Of a stretch of DNA of 64,000 bases, positions 63,833 through 64,000 are shown piece by piece; position 1 is the stretch's first letter; each line of letters starts with the position of its first letter. The stretch is from positions 2,964,603 through 3,028,602 of the forward strand of contig NW_003314262.1 in assembly GCF_000143415.4 (NCBI RefSeq), given 5' to 3'. Source of the stretch: Selaginella moellendorffii. Taxonomy: Eukaryota > Plantae > Lycopodiophyta. The notes beneath the pieces were generated by a model, which was not told the DNA's origin, made no database searches, and worked only from the letters and a program-made list of their open reading frames with translations. Position numbers and translations under genes: made by a program.

Positions 63833-64000
63833 TCAGTTCTTACAGAACCTTCCAGTCCAGTGCCAGCCCCTTTTCGCATCGGTGGCAACCGATGTCATAC
63901 CAGTGCCAACAGAGCAGTGGTGGCAAGAACTGGTATACCAGAACCAGTACTCCGGGCATCGGTGGCAGGAATTGTTGTACCAGAGACGCACTTCTTCCTA
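63833..64000 (-). pseudogene. Cys/Trp-repeat protein, copy 7 (type B, frameshifted; 5' part beyond the window)
   Basis: KKCVS / WYNNSCHRCPEYWFWYTSSCHHC / WHWYDIGCHRCEKG fragments; collinear with copy 3. Confidence 0.85.

Overview
Eukaryotic, repeat-rich land-plant genomic DNA. Short GT-AG introns, a PPR relic and chromovirus LTR elements suggest a lycophyte such as Selaginella; this is inference only. Positions 1-41 kb and 52-62 kb are mostly nested LTR retrotransposons: a non-autonomous LTR element (3543-11698) carrying a nested 5S-rRNA-bearing Cassandra-type TRIM, a young, apparently self-priming Ty3/gypsy chromovirus (16985-22585), a decayed tRNA-Met-primed chromovirus (53194-60758) inserted in a solo LTR, and many older fragments. 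The first element splits a decayed, spliced gene (about 2137-13650) that appears to encode a ParB-like domain plus a beta-class amino-(N4C/N6A) DNA methyltransferase-like domain. A gene island at 42-51 kb, continuing at 62.8-64 kb, holds a GH9 endoglucanase, a pectin methylesterase, an intron-containing tRNA-Met relic and seven copies (2 intact, 5 disrupted) of a family of small secreted cationic proteins built from five C-x3-W-x-W-x4-C-x2 repeats. That family was amplified as a PME/tRNA-Met/type A/type B cassette and is the best candidate for an undescribed system.
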